This document shows, one piece after another, positions 48,165 to 58,218 of a DNA stretch of 64,000 nucleotides; position 1 is the stretch's first letter, and each line of letters opens with the position of its first letter. The notes under the pieces are model-generated. The model had not been told where the DNA came from. It did no database searches and saw only the letters and a program-made list of their open reading frames with translations. A program made the position numbers and the translations under genes. Origin of the DNA: Planctomycetota bacterium (lineage in GTDB: Bacteria > Planctomycetota > UBA11346); NCBI GenBank assembly GCA_038231435.1, contig JBBRLJ010000012.1, positions 53,899-117,898 on the forward strand, given 5' to 3'.

Positions 48165-50284
48165 CGGGATCTGCGCTTTCGGCTGCCACGGCTGCCCGGG
48201 TCCGGGGGCGTGGTTTTCTTGCTGTCGGACTTGCCATCCGACTTGCCATCGGGTGAGGCGAGTGCCGCGCTGTCGCCGTGCTTCGGCTCGGCCGGTCTCG
48301 CCTGCACGTGGGGCTTGGCGTCGACGGGGGCCTTCACCGACGCGTGCGCGGCCGGTTCGGTCGCGCGCGAGTCGCCTGGTGCAGCGGGCGCCACATACGG
48401 CGGTTTCGCGGGGACTGGCGGTCGCGCCGGAGCCGGTGGCCTCGGAGCGACTGGTGCAGCGGGCATGCTCGGCTGCTGCGCAGGGGGTGTGTACGCGGGT
48501 GGCCGCGCCGGGACCGGTGGCGCTGGAGGGCGAACGATCGGTGCGGGCTGACCCGCCGGAGCTGTCGGAGCCGCCGGCGCTTTCACCTGAGCCGGGGTCG
48601 GCGCGGCAGCCACGACTGGGAGCACGAACTGCGGACGTGGCGTGACCGTTGGCTGCGGGCGGTGATCGTCGCCGCGCGGGCCGTCGTTGCCGCGGGCGCC
48701 GGGAGCAGCGCGAGCATCGAGCCGGACCGGGATGCGTCGGCCGCGATAGTGCAGGGTCGCGCCGAGCACGCGCTCGGAGACCGCGGCCGCCACCGCGAGG
48801 GTGGTGTGGCGCGGATACATGCGCAGCTTGCCGAGCTGCGCATTGTTGATCTCGGCGCCACGGCAGACCATCGCGATGATCGAGGCCGGGGTGACGCCGT
48901 CGTCCTGGCCGACGCCCATGAACAGCTCGACCGAGCCGCCCTGGCGGGCATCGATGCGTGCCCCCGGCGCCGGGCGCGCAGGTTCGGGGGCGGCGTCGGG
49001 CACCAGGCGGTGGACGATGGCCGCGAGCACGGCCTCGGCGCCGCTGGCCGCGACCAGTTCGGCGAACTCCGTGGGCAGCGACAGATTCTCGCCGAGGCTC
49101 TCGGCGACGCGCACCGCCAGCCGGCGGCGGCGGGCTCCGATGATCTCCGAGGCGCTCGGCACTTCGGCCTGGGTGGGGCGGCTGCCGGCCGACTGCGCGA
49201 GGCGCATGAAGCGCATACGCTCGGACATGGCGATGACCGTCCACGCCTCGCCCAGCGCGCCCGCGCGCGCGGTGCGTCCGATGCGGTGGGTGTACGAAGC
49301 AGCGCCCACCGGCAGGCCGAGATTGAACACGTGGCTGACGCCCTGCACGTCGAGGCCGCGCGCGGCCACGTCGGTCGCGACCAGCACCGGCATCTTGCCT
49401 TGCCGGAAGCGCGACAGCACGCGCTCGCGCGCATCTTGCTGCAGATCACCCGAGATGCCGCCGGCATCGATCGATGCCAGCGCGAGCGCCTGGCAGACCT
49501 CATCAACAGCGAGGCGCGTGCGCGTGAACACCAGCGCGCGCGCCGGTTCGAGCACCTGCAGCAGGCGCACCAGGGCCGCGAGCTCGTGGCCGCGATGGGT
49601 GAGCACGAATTTCTGCGGCACGTGGCCGGACGCCTGGCGGGTGTCGAGGCGGACCTCGCGCGGCTTGTCCAGCCAGCGCTCGACCGCGTCCTCGACCGAC
49701 GGCGGAAAGGTGGCGCTGAAGAACCAGCGCGCGACGCCCTCGCCGAGATCCTTGACCAGCGTCTCGAGCTCGTCCTTGAAACCCATGTCGAGCATCTGGT
49801 CGGCTTCGTCGAGCACCAAGATCTCGGCGTCGGCGACCAGCCGCTTCTGCTGGAGCATGTCGCACATGCGCCCCGGCGTGCCGACGATCAATGGCGGCTT
49901 GCGCTGGAGATCGCGCTGCTGCTGCCACGACGGCGCGCCGCCGATCAGCGTCGCCACGGTGCCGGCGCCGAGGATGGCCTCGGCCTCGCGCGCGACCTGG
50001 CCGGCGAGCTCGCGCGTCGGGCACACCACCCAGGCGCGCTTGCACTCGCCCGCGGCGAAGGCGGTCGCGAGCGGCAGCAGGAAGGCCATGGTCTTGCCGG
50101 AACCGGTGCGGGCCTGGGCCAGCAGGTCTCCGCCCTTGGAGCCGATGCCGGCCAACGCCAATGGGATCACCGCCGCCTGCACCGGCGTGGGCGAGGTGAT
50201 CGAGCGTGCGGCGAGGTGGGCGACGAGCGCCTCGGGCAGGCCGAGTTCGGAGAAGGTGGGCACGGGCGGGGGGGTGGTCGGCAT
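48158..50284 (-). CDS. DEAD-box RNA helicase with DbpA RNA-binding domain (DeaD/CsdA-like)
   Basis: F.ELGL, PT.VQ, ARTGSGKT, PTRELA, TPGR, DEAD, SAT, ARGLD, HRIGRTAR; Pro/Ala-rich tail; start 50284 or 50299. Confidence 0.93.
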   Translation of the reverse strand: MPTTPPPVPTFSELGLPEALVAHLAARSITSPTPVQAAVIPLALAGIGSKGGDLLAQARTGSGKTMAFLLPLATAFAAGECKRAWVVCPTRELAGQVAREAEAILGAGTVATLIGGAPSWQQQRDLQRKPPLIVGTPGRMCDMLQQKRLVADAEILVLDEADQMLDMGFKDELETLVKDLGEGVARWFFSATFPPSVEDAVERWLDKPREVRLDTRQASGHVPQKFVLTHRGHELAALVRLLQVLEPARALVFTRTRLAVDEVCQALALASIDAGGISGDLQQDARERVLSRFRQGKMPVLVATDVAARGLDVQGVSHVFNLGLPVGAASYTHRIGRTARAGALGEAWTVIAMSERMRFMRLAQSAGSRPTQAEVPSASEIIGARRRRLAVRVAESLGENLSLPTEFAELVAASGAEAVLAAIVHRLVPDAAPEPARPAPGARIDARQGGSVELFMGVGQDDGVTPASIIAMVCRGAEINNAQLGKLRMYPRHTTLAVAAAVSERVLGATLHYRGRRIPVRLDARAAPGARGNDGPRGDDHRPQPTVTPRPQFVLPVVAAAPTPAQVKAPAAPTAPAGQPAPIVRPPAPPVPARPPAYTPPAQQPSMPAAPVAPRPPAPARPPVPAKPPYVAPAAPGDSRATEPAAHASVKAPVDAKPHVQARPAEPKHGDSAALASPDGKSDGKSDSKKTTPPDPGSRGSRKRRSRW

Positions 50285-50559
50285 GGGGGGCAAGACCATA
50301 GGACCTCCCCACCGCGATATAAGGGGATAATCCGTCCTGAACCATGCAGGCGCTGTCATCGGACGGGCTTGGGTCCGCCGGCTGACCCACGGGGAGCGAG
50401 CCTGCGGAGCCCATGGTGATGATCGGGCGATCCTGGTGTATGCTCCCCTACTCCGTGCCCACCGCCGTCCTCTCCTTTGGCCTCCATGCGAGCCTCGATG
50501 CGGGTCTCGCTGCCGGTCTGCCCCTTGTCGGCCCCGTCGGTCCGCGCTCAAATGCCTCC

Positions 50560-51348
50560 ATGGCCGTAGCCGCCCTGACGCGCATGACCTTCGCTGATAG
50601 CATCCGCCAGCCGGTGACCTGGTTGATGACCGGCATCTCCCTCTCGCTGCTGGCGGTGAGCTACGCCTTCGGACTGTTCAACTTCGAAGCCATGGATCGC
50701 CTGCGCATGCTGGCGACGGCGGGAGTGGCGGTCGCCGTGATCAATGGCCTGTTCCTGGCGGTGGTGCTCGCGACCCAGAGCGTCCACGAGGAACTGGTGT
50801 CGCGCACCGCGCTGACGTTGTTCGCGAAGCCGCTCGGGCGCGGCGAATTCCTCGTCGGCAAGGCGCTGGGCGTGTGGCTGACCGTCGCGGTCTCTGGCGT
50901 GGTCATCGCCGCCGGACACGCGCTGGTCCTACTCTACGCGCTGCACACGGGTTTCGAAGACGGCCACGACGACGGTCACAACCACGGCATGTTCGATCCG
51001 GACATGCACGCGCCCTGGGCGGCGATCGCTTCGGCGCATGGCCTCGCCCTGGGGCACTCCGCGGTCCTGGCCTGCATCGGCGCGGTGCTGGCGCTGCGCA
51101 TCGGGTTGGTCGCCAACATCCTCGTCTGCTTCGCGATCTTCGTAGGCGGCCACCTGCTCGCGGGCGCCGGCACCATGGGCGGCCTGGTCATCCCGGGCCT
51201 GGCACTGTTCAATATCGACGACTGCATCCAGCTCGAACTGCCGATATCAGGGCCCTACCTGGCCATGACAGCCCTTTACACGGCATGGTTCTGTGCAGGC
51301 TGGTTGTTCATCGGACTCGCGGTGTTCAAGCGTCAGGACATTCCCTAG
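50560..51348 (+). CDS. ABC-2 type transporter permease-like membrane protein
   Basis: EE..SRTA.TLF.KPL.R.EFLVGK..G; C-terminal FKRQDI; multiple TM. Confidence 0.78.
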   Translation: MAVAALTRMTFADSIRQPVTWLMTGISLSLLAVSYAFGLFNFEAMDRLRMLATAGVAVAVINGLFLAVVLATQSVHEELVSRTALTLFAKPLGRGEFLVGKALGVWLTVAVSGVVIAAGHALVLLYALHTGFEDGHDDGHNHGMFDPDMHAPWAAIASAHGLALGHSAVLACIGAVLALRIGLVANILVCFAIFVGGHLLAGAGTMGGLVIPGLALFNIDDCIQLELPISGPYLAMTALYTAWFCAGWLFIGLAVFKRQDIP

Positions 51349-51378
51349 GCTCGCGCCAGGGACGGAAAGGCTCAGTCA

Positions 51379-52110
51379 GTGCGCTACGCATTGCTCGGCG
51401 ACATCCATGGCAACACCGAGGCGCTCACCGCGTGCCTCGATGCGATCAAGGCTCAGAACATCGAGAAGGTGATCTGTCTTGGCGACATCGTCGGCTACGG
51501 AGCCGAACCGGTGAAGTGCCTGGAGATGATCCGCGACCTCAAGTGCGACGTGATCGCCGGCAATCACGACTGGGCCGCGGTCGGCAAGCTCTCGATCGAC
51601 TGCTTCAACGCCTACGCCAAGGCGGCGGCGATCTGGACGCGCGACCAGCTGACCAACGAGCAGAAGGAATGGCTCGCCAACCTGCCGCTGACGCTCACCT
51701 ATGAGCACTGCGCGGTGGCCCACGGCACCTTCCACCAGCCCGAAGCCTTCAACTACATCCAGACCGTCTTCGACGCCCAGCAGAGCTTCGAGGCCCTGAA
51801 GAAGATGGGCGCGCGGTTGGGCTTCCTCGGCCACAGCCACGTGCCGGTCGGTTTCTTCGACACTGATCCGATCACCTACACGCTCGATCCCGAGATGCCG
51901 GTCGACGAGGACCTGGCGATCATCGTCAACGCCGGCTCGGTTGGCCAGCCGCGCGACGAGAACAACCGCGCCAGCTTCGCGGTCTACGATTCGGCGACCA
52001 ACATGGTCAACATCAACCGCGTCGAATACGACATCGAGGCGGCCGCGACCAAGATCCGCGGCGTCGGCCTGCCGGAAATCCTGGCCGCACGCCTCTACCA
52101 GGGCAAGTAG
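51379..52110 (+). CDS. Calcineurin-like metallophosphoesterase
   Basis: DIHGN, LGDIVGYG, GNHD, HG, GHSH, NAGSVGQPRD. Confidence 0.93.
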   Translation: MRYALLGDIHGNTEALTACLDAIKAQNIEKVICLGDIVGYGAEPVKCLEMIRDLKCDVIAGNHDWAAVGKLSIDCFNAYAKAAAIWTRDQLTNEQKEWLANLPLTLTYEHCAVAHGTFHQPEAFNYIQTVFDAQQSFEALKKMGARLGFLGHSHVPVGFFDTDPITYTLDPEMPVDEDLAIIVNAGSVGQPRDENNRASFAVYDSATNMVNINRVEYDIEAAATKIRGVGLPEILAARLYQGK

Positions 52111-52173
52111 CCCCCGCCGACGGCCCAGCGACGTCCCGCGCGTCCCGCGCTCGTGCGCGCCGCCAACCGGCAT

Positions 52174-52791
52174 ATGCTGCCGCTCATGACGCGTCCGCGC
52201 ATCAAGTTCTGCGGACTCACCCGCATCGAGGACGTCCGCGCGGCGATCGCTCTGGGCGTCGATGCCATCGGCCTCAATCTCGCGCGCGGTCCGCGCAAGC
52301 TCGAGCCGGCGCGCGCCGCCGAGCTCGCCCGCGCAGTGCCGCCGCTGGTCGTGGCGGTGGCGCTGTTCGTCGATGCCGACGAGTCGACCATCCTCGAGGC
52401 GATGCGCGTCACGCGCTGCCAGGCCGCGCAGCTGCATGGGTCCGAGCCGCCCGAGCTTGCCGAGCGCCTGCGCGCGCGCTTCCCGGTCATCAAGGCCTTC
52501 GCGATCACCGACGCCGCGAGCCTGGCCGCCGTGCGCGGTTATCCCGCCGACGCCTACCTGCTCGATTCCCCCGGCGGCGGCAGCGGACGCGCCTGGGACC
52601 ATCGATTGATCGACGAGGCCCGTCTGGACAGGCCGATCGTGCTCGCCGGCGGCCTGACGCCGGCGACGTTGGCGGCGGCCTGCGCGTCCCGGCCGTGGGC
52701 GGTCGACGTGTCGAGTGGGATCGAGTCTGCTCCCGGCATCAAGGATGGGGCGAAGATGGCGGCGTTCGTGGCGGCGGCGCAGGCGCTCTAG
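52174..52791 (+). CDS. trpF: Phosphoribosylanthranilate isomerase
   Basis: IKFCGLTR.ED, QLHGSE, LLD..GGSG..W, LAGGL.P, VDVSSGIE..PGIKD; start 52174 or 52186. Confidence 0.95.
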   Translation: MLPLMTRPRIKFCGLTRIEDVRAAIALGVDAIGLNLARGPRKLEPARAAELARAVPPLVVAVALFVDADESTILEAMRVTRCQAAQLHGSEPPELAERLRARFPVIKAFAITDAASLAAVRGYPADAYLLDSPGGGSGRAWDHRLIDEARLDRPIVLAGGLTPATLAAACASRPWAVDVSSGIESAPGIKDGAKMAAFVAAAQAL

Positions 52792-52855
52792 GCTCTCGTC
52801 GAGCTTCGATAGGAGGGCGTCGTCGCTTCCGACAGCTTCCTGCCGTGTCCGCTAG

Positions 52856-54832
52856 CTATTGCTGCTTGGCGCCCGCCAGCGCGTTGCCCACGTCCTTGTG
52901 CAGCATCTTCAGCTGCTTGTCCATCTCCTCGATCGGCTGCTTGGTCGCGCCGAGCGGCGGAACCCATTTGGGATTCTTCAGCCAGCCGCTGACGTCGGCC
53001 TGGGCCTTCTCGATGAAATCGTTGTTCGCCTGCAGCTTCTCTTTGCCGTCGCTGACGCGCGTGAGCTTGCTGTTGGTCGCGTACCAGGTGCCGATGGCGG
53101 CGACGCGGTCAGATTCGACATGGTCCTCGGCCAGCCACTTCTTCCATGCATCAGCGCTGTCGCCATTCGCCTTCACGACGTCCGCGCGTCCGTAGGTCTG
53201 GCCGACCAACGACTTGATCGCGTCGACGCATTCGTGGTCGCCGACCGCGGCGAGCTTGTCGAGCGCCGCGCGCAGGCTGGGCAGTTCGACGATTGGCACC
53301 AACTTGAGCGCGCCCGCCGCCACCAGCCGTTTGCTCTTGTCTGGCAGCACCGCGCTCAGCTTCTGCACCACCTCGTCGGACAGCGCCTTGGCGGCATCGC
53401 TGCCCTTGAGCATGAAGTCCTTGCCCAGGCATTCGCTCATGAAGCTGGCGTCGCAGCCGGGCAGGGAGAGCACGTTCAGCTCAGGGGTGAGCGCCAGCAG
53501 ATCGTCGATGGCGGGCGAGAGCGCCAGGCGCTTGACCGCCTTGAGCGCGCCGACGAGTTCCTCGGGCGGAGTGGACTTGACCAGCAGGGGCTTGAACTTG
53601 GCGGCGAGGGATGCGCGCTTGCCGTCGTTGCTCGCGGTATCCGGCAGGCTGCCGTGCTCGCCGAGGCACTCGAGCGCCCAGATGCGCAGCTCGCGGTTGT
53701 CGCTGAAGGCGAGATCGAGCATCTTCTCGAGCTGGCCCGATGAGCTCTTCGCCACCGCATCCTTGAGCTTGGCGTTGCCTAAGGCGCGGTCGCGGTTGCC
53801 GCCGACGAACAGCGCGATGCCGTAGCCGACCGACTCCATGCTCAGGAGTTTCGACAAGCCTTCGAACGCCGCGGTGAGGCGCGCGTCCGAGATGCCGGAG
53901 GTCGAGGCGATGGTGCCGAGGGTGGCGACGGCGTCCTCGTGGCCGGCGCGGGCGATCAGGTTGATGGCGGCGACACCGACCTCGTCTGGCTGCTGGGTGT
54001 CGACCGCCCATTCGGCCAGTGCGGTGGGCAGGCGTTCGCCCGAGTTCTTCTCGCGGTCATAGATCTCGGTGGCCGAGGCGAGCGCGGCGGCGCGCTGCGC
54101 CGGGGTGACGTTCGAGCGGTCGGCGATCGAGGTCAGCTGGCCGAGCAGTCCAGCCTTCTCGGCGAGGTGGATCTGCACCTCGACGGGGCCGTGGCCGGCG
54201 ATGATCACGTCCTTCACCCGGTGCGGATCGGATCCGACCATGCCCAGGTAATCATCGGCGGCCTTGAGCGCGGCGTCCATCTTGGTCGCGTCGCCCTTCG
54301 CGGCGTCCATCGCCGAGATCTTGCGGCCGAGGTTGAAGGGGCCCCATGAGAACGCCGCGATCGCGCCGAGCACCACCACGCCGATGACGATGTACATCGC
54401 GCGGCTGCTCTTGCCCTTGGCGCTGGTGCGGCGGCTGGACTTCGACACGTCCTTGCGCTGGCTGGCGGTCGCCGGATTGCGGCTGGACGAGGGAGCACGC
54501 ATGGTGCGCGAGGCCGATTCGGATTTCGCGGCCTTGAGCCGCGACGACGATGGCGGCTTCGCGGCACCCTGCGCGGGGATGCGCTGCGAGGACGGTGCCT
54601 TGGCTGGAGCGGTCGCCTGGGGGGCCGGGACGTTGGCCGATGTCGGCGGCTTGGCCGTGCCCTGCGCGGGGATGCGCGTCGACGAGGGGGCTTTCGGCTG
54701 AGTGGCCGGCTGGACCGGCTGCTTCGGAGCCGGCGCCGGCGCGGGGGCCGGCTTGACCGCCTCGATGCGTTGCGACGGCGGCTTCAGGTCCTTGGCGGTG
54801 GCGCGCTGCGACGGCGGCTGCTCCTGCTTCAT
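52856..54832 (-). CDS. Single-pass membrane protein: low-complexity basic N-terminus, helical (HEAT-like) C-terminal region
   Basis: PSS.RIPAQG repeats; TM MYIVIGVVVLGAIAAF; strong GC3 bias; start uncertain. Confidence 0.75.
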   Translation of the reverse strand: MKQEQPPSQRATAKDLKPPSQRIEAVKPAPAPAPAPKQPVQPATQPKAPSSTRIPAQGTAKPPTSANVPAPQATAPAKAPSSQRIPAQGAAKPPSSSRLKAAKSESASRTMRAPSSSRNPATASQRKDVSKSSRRTSAKGKSSRAMYIVIGVVVLGAIAAFSWGPFNLGRKISAMDAAKGDATKMDAALKAADDYLGMVGSDPHRVKDVIIAGHGPVEVQIHLAEKAGLLGQLTSIADRSNVTPAQRAAALASATEIYDREKNSGERLPTALAEWAVDTQQPDEVGVAAINLIARAGHEDAVATLGTIASTSGISDARLTAAFEGLSKLLSMESVGYGIALFVGGNRDRALGNAKLKDAVAKSSSGQLEKMLDLAFSDNRELRIWALECLGEHGSLPDTASNDGKRASLAAKFKPLLVKSTPPEELVGALKAVKRLALSPAIDDLLALTPELNVLSLPGCDASFMSECLGKDFMLKGSDAAKALSDEVVQKLSAVLPDKSKRLVAAGALKLVPIVELPSLRAALDKLAAVGDHECVDAIKSLVGQTYGRADVVKANGDSADAWKKWLAEDHVESDRVAAIGTWYATNSKLTRVSDGKEKLQANNDFIEKAQADVSGWLKNPKWVPPLGATKQPIEEMDKQLKMLHKDVGNALAGAKQQ

Positions 54833-55141
54833 AGCCTCGGTGGTGCGGCGCTTGCCCGCCGAGCCGTTGGCGGCCGAATAACGTGACGACGACGGCGAGC
54901 GGCGCGGTGTGACCATGGGCGGCATGGTAGGCCCCGCCTCGGGCGCGTGATCGCGAGGTGCGGGCGTGACCGTGGCCTGTGTGCCTCTGAAGCCACCGGG
55001 TGGCCCGTGTCATCGTAGAGGGGCAGTCGTGGACTCCCCGGCGGGCTTACACCCACACCTCTTACGCTAGACGCCCACGACCTGGCGCGAGACGCGCATG
55101 GCTGCCGGCGCTCGGGAAGGGTGATCGGAGCGCAAGGACAC

Positions 55142-55978
55142 CTAGGCCTTCCAGAATTCCTCGACCAGGTAGGTGCCGACGCCGATCGCGTGCGCCGGTT
55201 CCTTGAGATCCTCGATCATGCCGGGATTGCCGCAGGTCATGAACGCGGTCTCGTCCGGCTTCACCAGTTCGCGCAGCGCGGCCTTGTCGACGCCCTCGGG
55301 CAACGCCACCACGCGACCCTCGGGGATCGGCTGGTCGAGGACGTGGCGGACCACCTCGTTGACCCGGCCCTTGGCGATAGCCGGGGTCCAGCCGCGGGCC
55401 GGGTCAGGACGTGACGAGGTGCAGATGAAGGTGAAGTCGAAGCCGTCCTTCTTGGCCGCGGCGTAGCCCTCGAGCTCGGGACGGTAGCCGAACTCGTCCG
55501 CATAGGCAGCGCCGTAGAAGAGGATGATGCGGAACGGGCAGTGCACGCCGCTCTGGTGCAGCTTCCACAACGTGCGCACGTGGCCGACGAACGGCGCCAG
55601 CCCGGTGCCGGTGGCCACCATCACCACGGTGCGCTTGTTGGCGGCCTTGAGCGTGAACTTGCCCTTGGGGCTGAGGTAGAAGAACTTCGCGCCGGGTTCC
55701 TGTGCGAAGATGGTCGGGGTCAGCTTGCCGTTGTCGACCAGCGCGATGTAGAACTCGAGCACGCCTTCGTCCAGTGGGCTGCCGGCGATCGAGTACGCGC
55801 GCGGGACGAAGCCGTGGGCGGCGGTGTCGAGCCCGAGCGTGGTGTATTGGCCGGCCTGGTACCACCAGCGCGCGCCGTTGTCGGGCTTGAGCTTGAACAC
55901 GCCCAGACGGCCGCCGGCGAAGACGTTCTTTTCGACCAGCGTCGCGGTCTGCATCTTCTTCTTCAGCGCGTCCGACAT
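55142..55978 (-). CDS. fpr: Ferredoxin--NADP+ reductase
   Basis: AGQY.TLG, RAYSI, GKLTP, MVATGTGLAPF, CGNPGMI, terminal EEFW. Confidence 0.88.
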   Translation of the reverse strand: MSDALKKKMQTATLVEKNVFAGGRLGVFKLKPDNGARWWYQAGQYTTLGLDTAAHGFVPRAYSIAGSPLDEGVLEFYIALVDNGKLTPTIFAQEPGAKFFYLSPKGKFTLKAANKRTVVMVATGTGLAPFVGHVRTLWKLHQSGVHCPFRIILFYGAAYADEFGYRPELEGYAAAKKDGFDFTFICTSSRPDPARGWTPAIAKGRVNEVVRHVLDQPIPEGRVVALPEGVDKAALRELVKPDETAFMTCGNPGMIEDLKEPAHAIGVGTYLVEEFWKA

Positions 55979-56107
55979 GGTCCCTTGCCCTCGGAAGCGC
56001 ATCCTTGGCGGTCGCCGGGGTTTGCAACGCCGCGTCGGCGCATGCCCGGTATGTCGGATGCGATTCGCGGTGGGTCGACCGCGTGCCGTCGACCGGCCAC
56101 CGGCGGC

Positions 56108-58105
56108 TCAGGGCTGAGCGGCCTCGCGCACCCACACCTGCATGTCCCCTGGCTCGCGGTTCTCCCAGGCGAAGTAGGGGATGGCGGTGAAGGCCTGCTC
56201 CACGAAGCGTGGGACGGGAACCGCCGCAGGTTCCGCGCTGACGCGGTAGAGGGCGGGATCGCCGTCTTCGACCGCGCGCAGCGCGCTGCCTTCGATGACA
56301 GTGACGCCGTCGAAGAGCTCGTGGGCGCGGCGCGGCGTCAGGGTGGAGGACGGCGGCAGACGCAGACCGTCGAGGTCGGCTCCGTTGTCGACGCCCTCCA
56401 GGCAGTACACCAGCGGTCCTCGCGTCAGGGCGACCCGGCCCTCGTCGGCCGAGACGCGGGGATGAGCGCGTACCCGCGTCACCGGCATCTCGAGGTCGAC
56501 GCGCACGGTGTCGCCAGCCCGCCATTCGCGTTCGATCGCCGCGTAACCGCGCTCGACGCGCGGGTCGTGCGCCGTGCCATTCACGGTGACGGTCATGCGT
56601 GGCGCCCACGACGGCTTGCGCAGCTTGAGGACGAAGGTCGCGGTGGCCGACGGGAGCACCTCGATATCGACTGTCCCCGACCACGGGAAGTCGGTGCGTT
56701 GGCGGATGACGACATCCCGCGCCGCTGCTCTGCCGCACTCGTCGTGAGCAGCGATGCGCAGGGTAGCCTCGCCCTGCACGTACAGGTGAACCATGGCTTC
56801 GGCGCCTTCGCCATACGCGTAGCCGCCGAGCGAGGCCATCAGGCGAGCCACATTCGGCGGGCAGCAGGCACATCCGAACCACGGCTTGCGACGGTGTGCG
56901 CCGCGGCTGGCCAGGGGGTTCTCGTAGAAGAACTTGGTGCCGTCGAGCGACACGCCGGCAAGCACGTTGTTGTACAGCGAGCGCTCGATGGCGTCGGCGT
57001 AGCGGCCATCACCGTCCAACGCGAGCATGCGCGAGCTGAAGAACACGAAGGCAATGGCGGCGCAGGTCTCGCAGTAGGCGCTCTCGTTCGGCAGGTCGTA
57101 GTCGGCGGTGAAGCCTTCGTTGTGCCGCGACGAGCCGAAGCCGCCGGTCACGTACATCAGCCTAGTGGTGGCGTGCTCCCACAGCTGCTCGCACGCGACG
57201 CGCAACGACGCGTCCGCGCAGGCCAGCGCCTGATCGGCCATCGCTGCGTACAGGTACATCGCCCGCACCGCGTGGCCGGTCGCTTGGCTCTGCTCGCGCA
57301 CCGGCTGGTGGGCCTGATAGTACGAGGGCGGAGCCCAGTTCTTGGCCGGATCCTCGTTGCGGCGCAGCGCTTCGGCCGCGAAGTACGACGGCTGCTGGCC
57401 ACGCTCATCGACGAAGTATCGGCTGAGCTCCAGGTAGCGGCTCTCGCCGGTGGCGCGCCACAGGCGCATCAGCGCGAGTTCGATCTCGGGGTGCCCGCAG
57501 TATCCACGCAGCTGTCCTGCGCCGGTGCCGAAGGTGCGCGCGATGTGGTCGGCGTAGCGGCACATGACGTCGAGCAGCGTGCGCTTGCCGGTCGCGGCGT
57601 GGTGGGCGACCGCCGCCTCGACCAGGTGGCCGGCGCAGTACAGCTCATGGCTGTCGCGCAGGTTGCTCCAGCGGCTCCCGGGTCGGACCAGTTGGAAGTA
57701 GGTATTCAGGTAGCCGTCGGGCTGCTGCGCGGCCGCGATCGCGCTGATGATCCCGTCGAGCTCGCGCTCGAGCGCGGCATCGGGATGGGTGGCCAGGCTG
57801 TAGCTCGCGGCCTCGATGAACTTGGCGACGTCAGAATCCCAGAACTCGTGAGGTTGGTTCGGCATGCCCTGTTTCCAGACCATGCTGAAAGCGGCGATGC
57901 GGCCGGTCTCGCGGCATTGCGCGAGGTTTGCCGGGATCGCCTGCTCGCGGTTGACGCGCATGCGCGGCGACCAGAACGCGTCGTCGACGCGAACGCGGGT
58001 GAACGGCACGGCCGAGCGGATGCCGGCAAAGGTGCCGCTGGTGGGCGTGGGGATGGGCGCGGGGGTGGCGGACTCGGTAGTCGCGGGGGCGGTCATGGGA
58101 AGCAC
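56108..58105 (-). CDS. Glycoside hydrolase family 127 (beta-L-arabinofuranosidase HypBA1-like)
   Basis: DSDVAKFIEA, HELYCAGH, GHPEIELAL, GHAVRAMY, YCETCA, FFYENPL, WFGCACCPPN, RGPLVYC. Confidence 0.93.
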   Translation of the reverse strand: MLPMTAPATTESATPAPIPTPTSGTFAGIRSAVPFTRVRVDDAFWSPRMRVNREQAIPANLAQCRETGRIAAFSMVWKQGMPNQPHEFWDSDVAKFIEAASYSLATHPDAALERELDGIISAIAAAQQPDGYLNTYFQLVRPGSRWSNLRDSHELYCAGHLVEAAVAHHAATGKRTLLDVMCRYADHIARTFGTGAGQLRGYCGHPEIELALMRLWRATGESRYLELSRYFVDERGQQPSYFAAEALRRNEDPAKNWAPPSYYQAHQPVREQSQATGHAVRAMYLYAAMADQALACADASLRVACEQLWEHATTRLMYVTGGFGSSRHNEGFTADYDLPNESAYCETCAAIAFVFFSSRMLALDGDGRYADAIERSLYNNVLAGVSLDGTKFFYENPLASRGAHRRKPWFGCACCPPNVARLMASLGGYAYGEGAEAMVHLYVQGEATLRIAAHDECGRAAARDVVIRQRTDFPWSGTVDIEVLPSATATFVLKLRKPSWAPRMTVTVNGTAHDPRVERGYAAIEREWRAGDTVRVDLEMPVTRVRAHPRVSADEGRVALTRGPLVYCLEGVDNGADLDGLRLPPSSTLTPRRAHELFDGVTVIEGSALRAVEDGDPALYRVSAEPAAVPVPRFVEQAFTAIPYFAWENREPGDMQVWVREAAQP

Positions 58106-58218
58106 GGGAATCTCCTGGAGGGGGACGATTCCGTCATGCTACGCATCAGGCGTTCACGATGCTAGGAGCGCCTGGTCCATAAAAGGAACGCGATTCCGAC
58201 TTGCCCCGGGCGGCGCTA

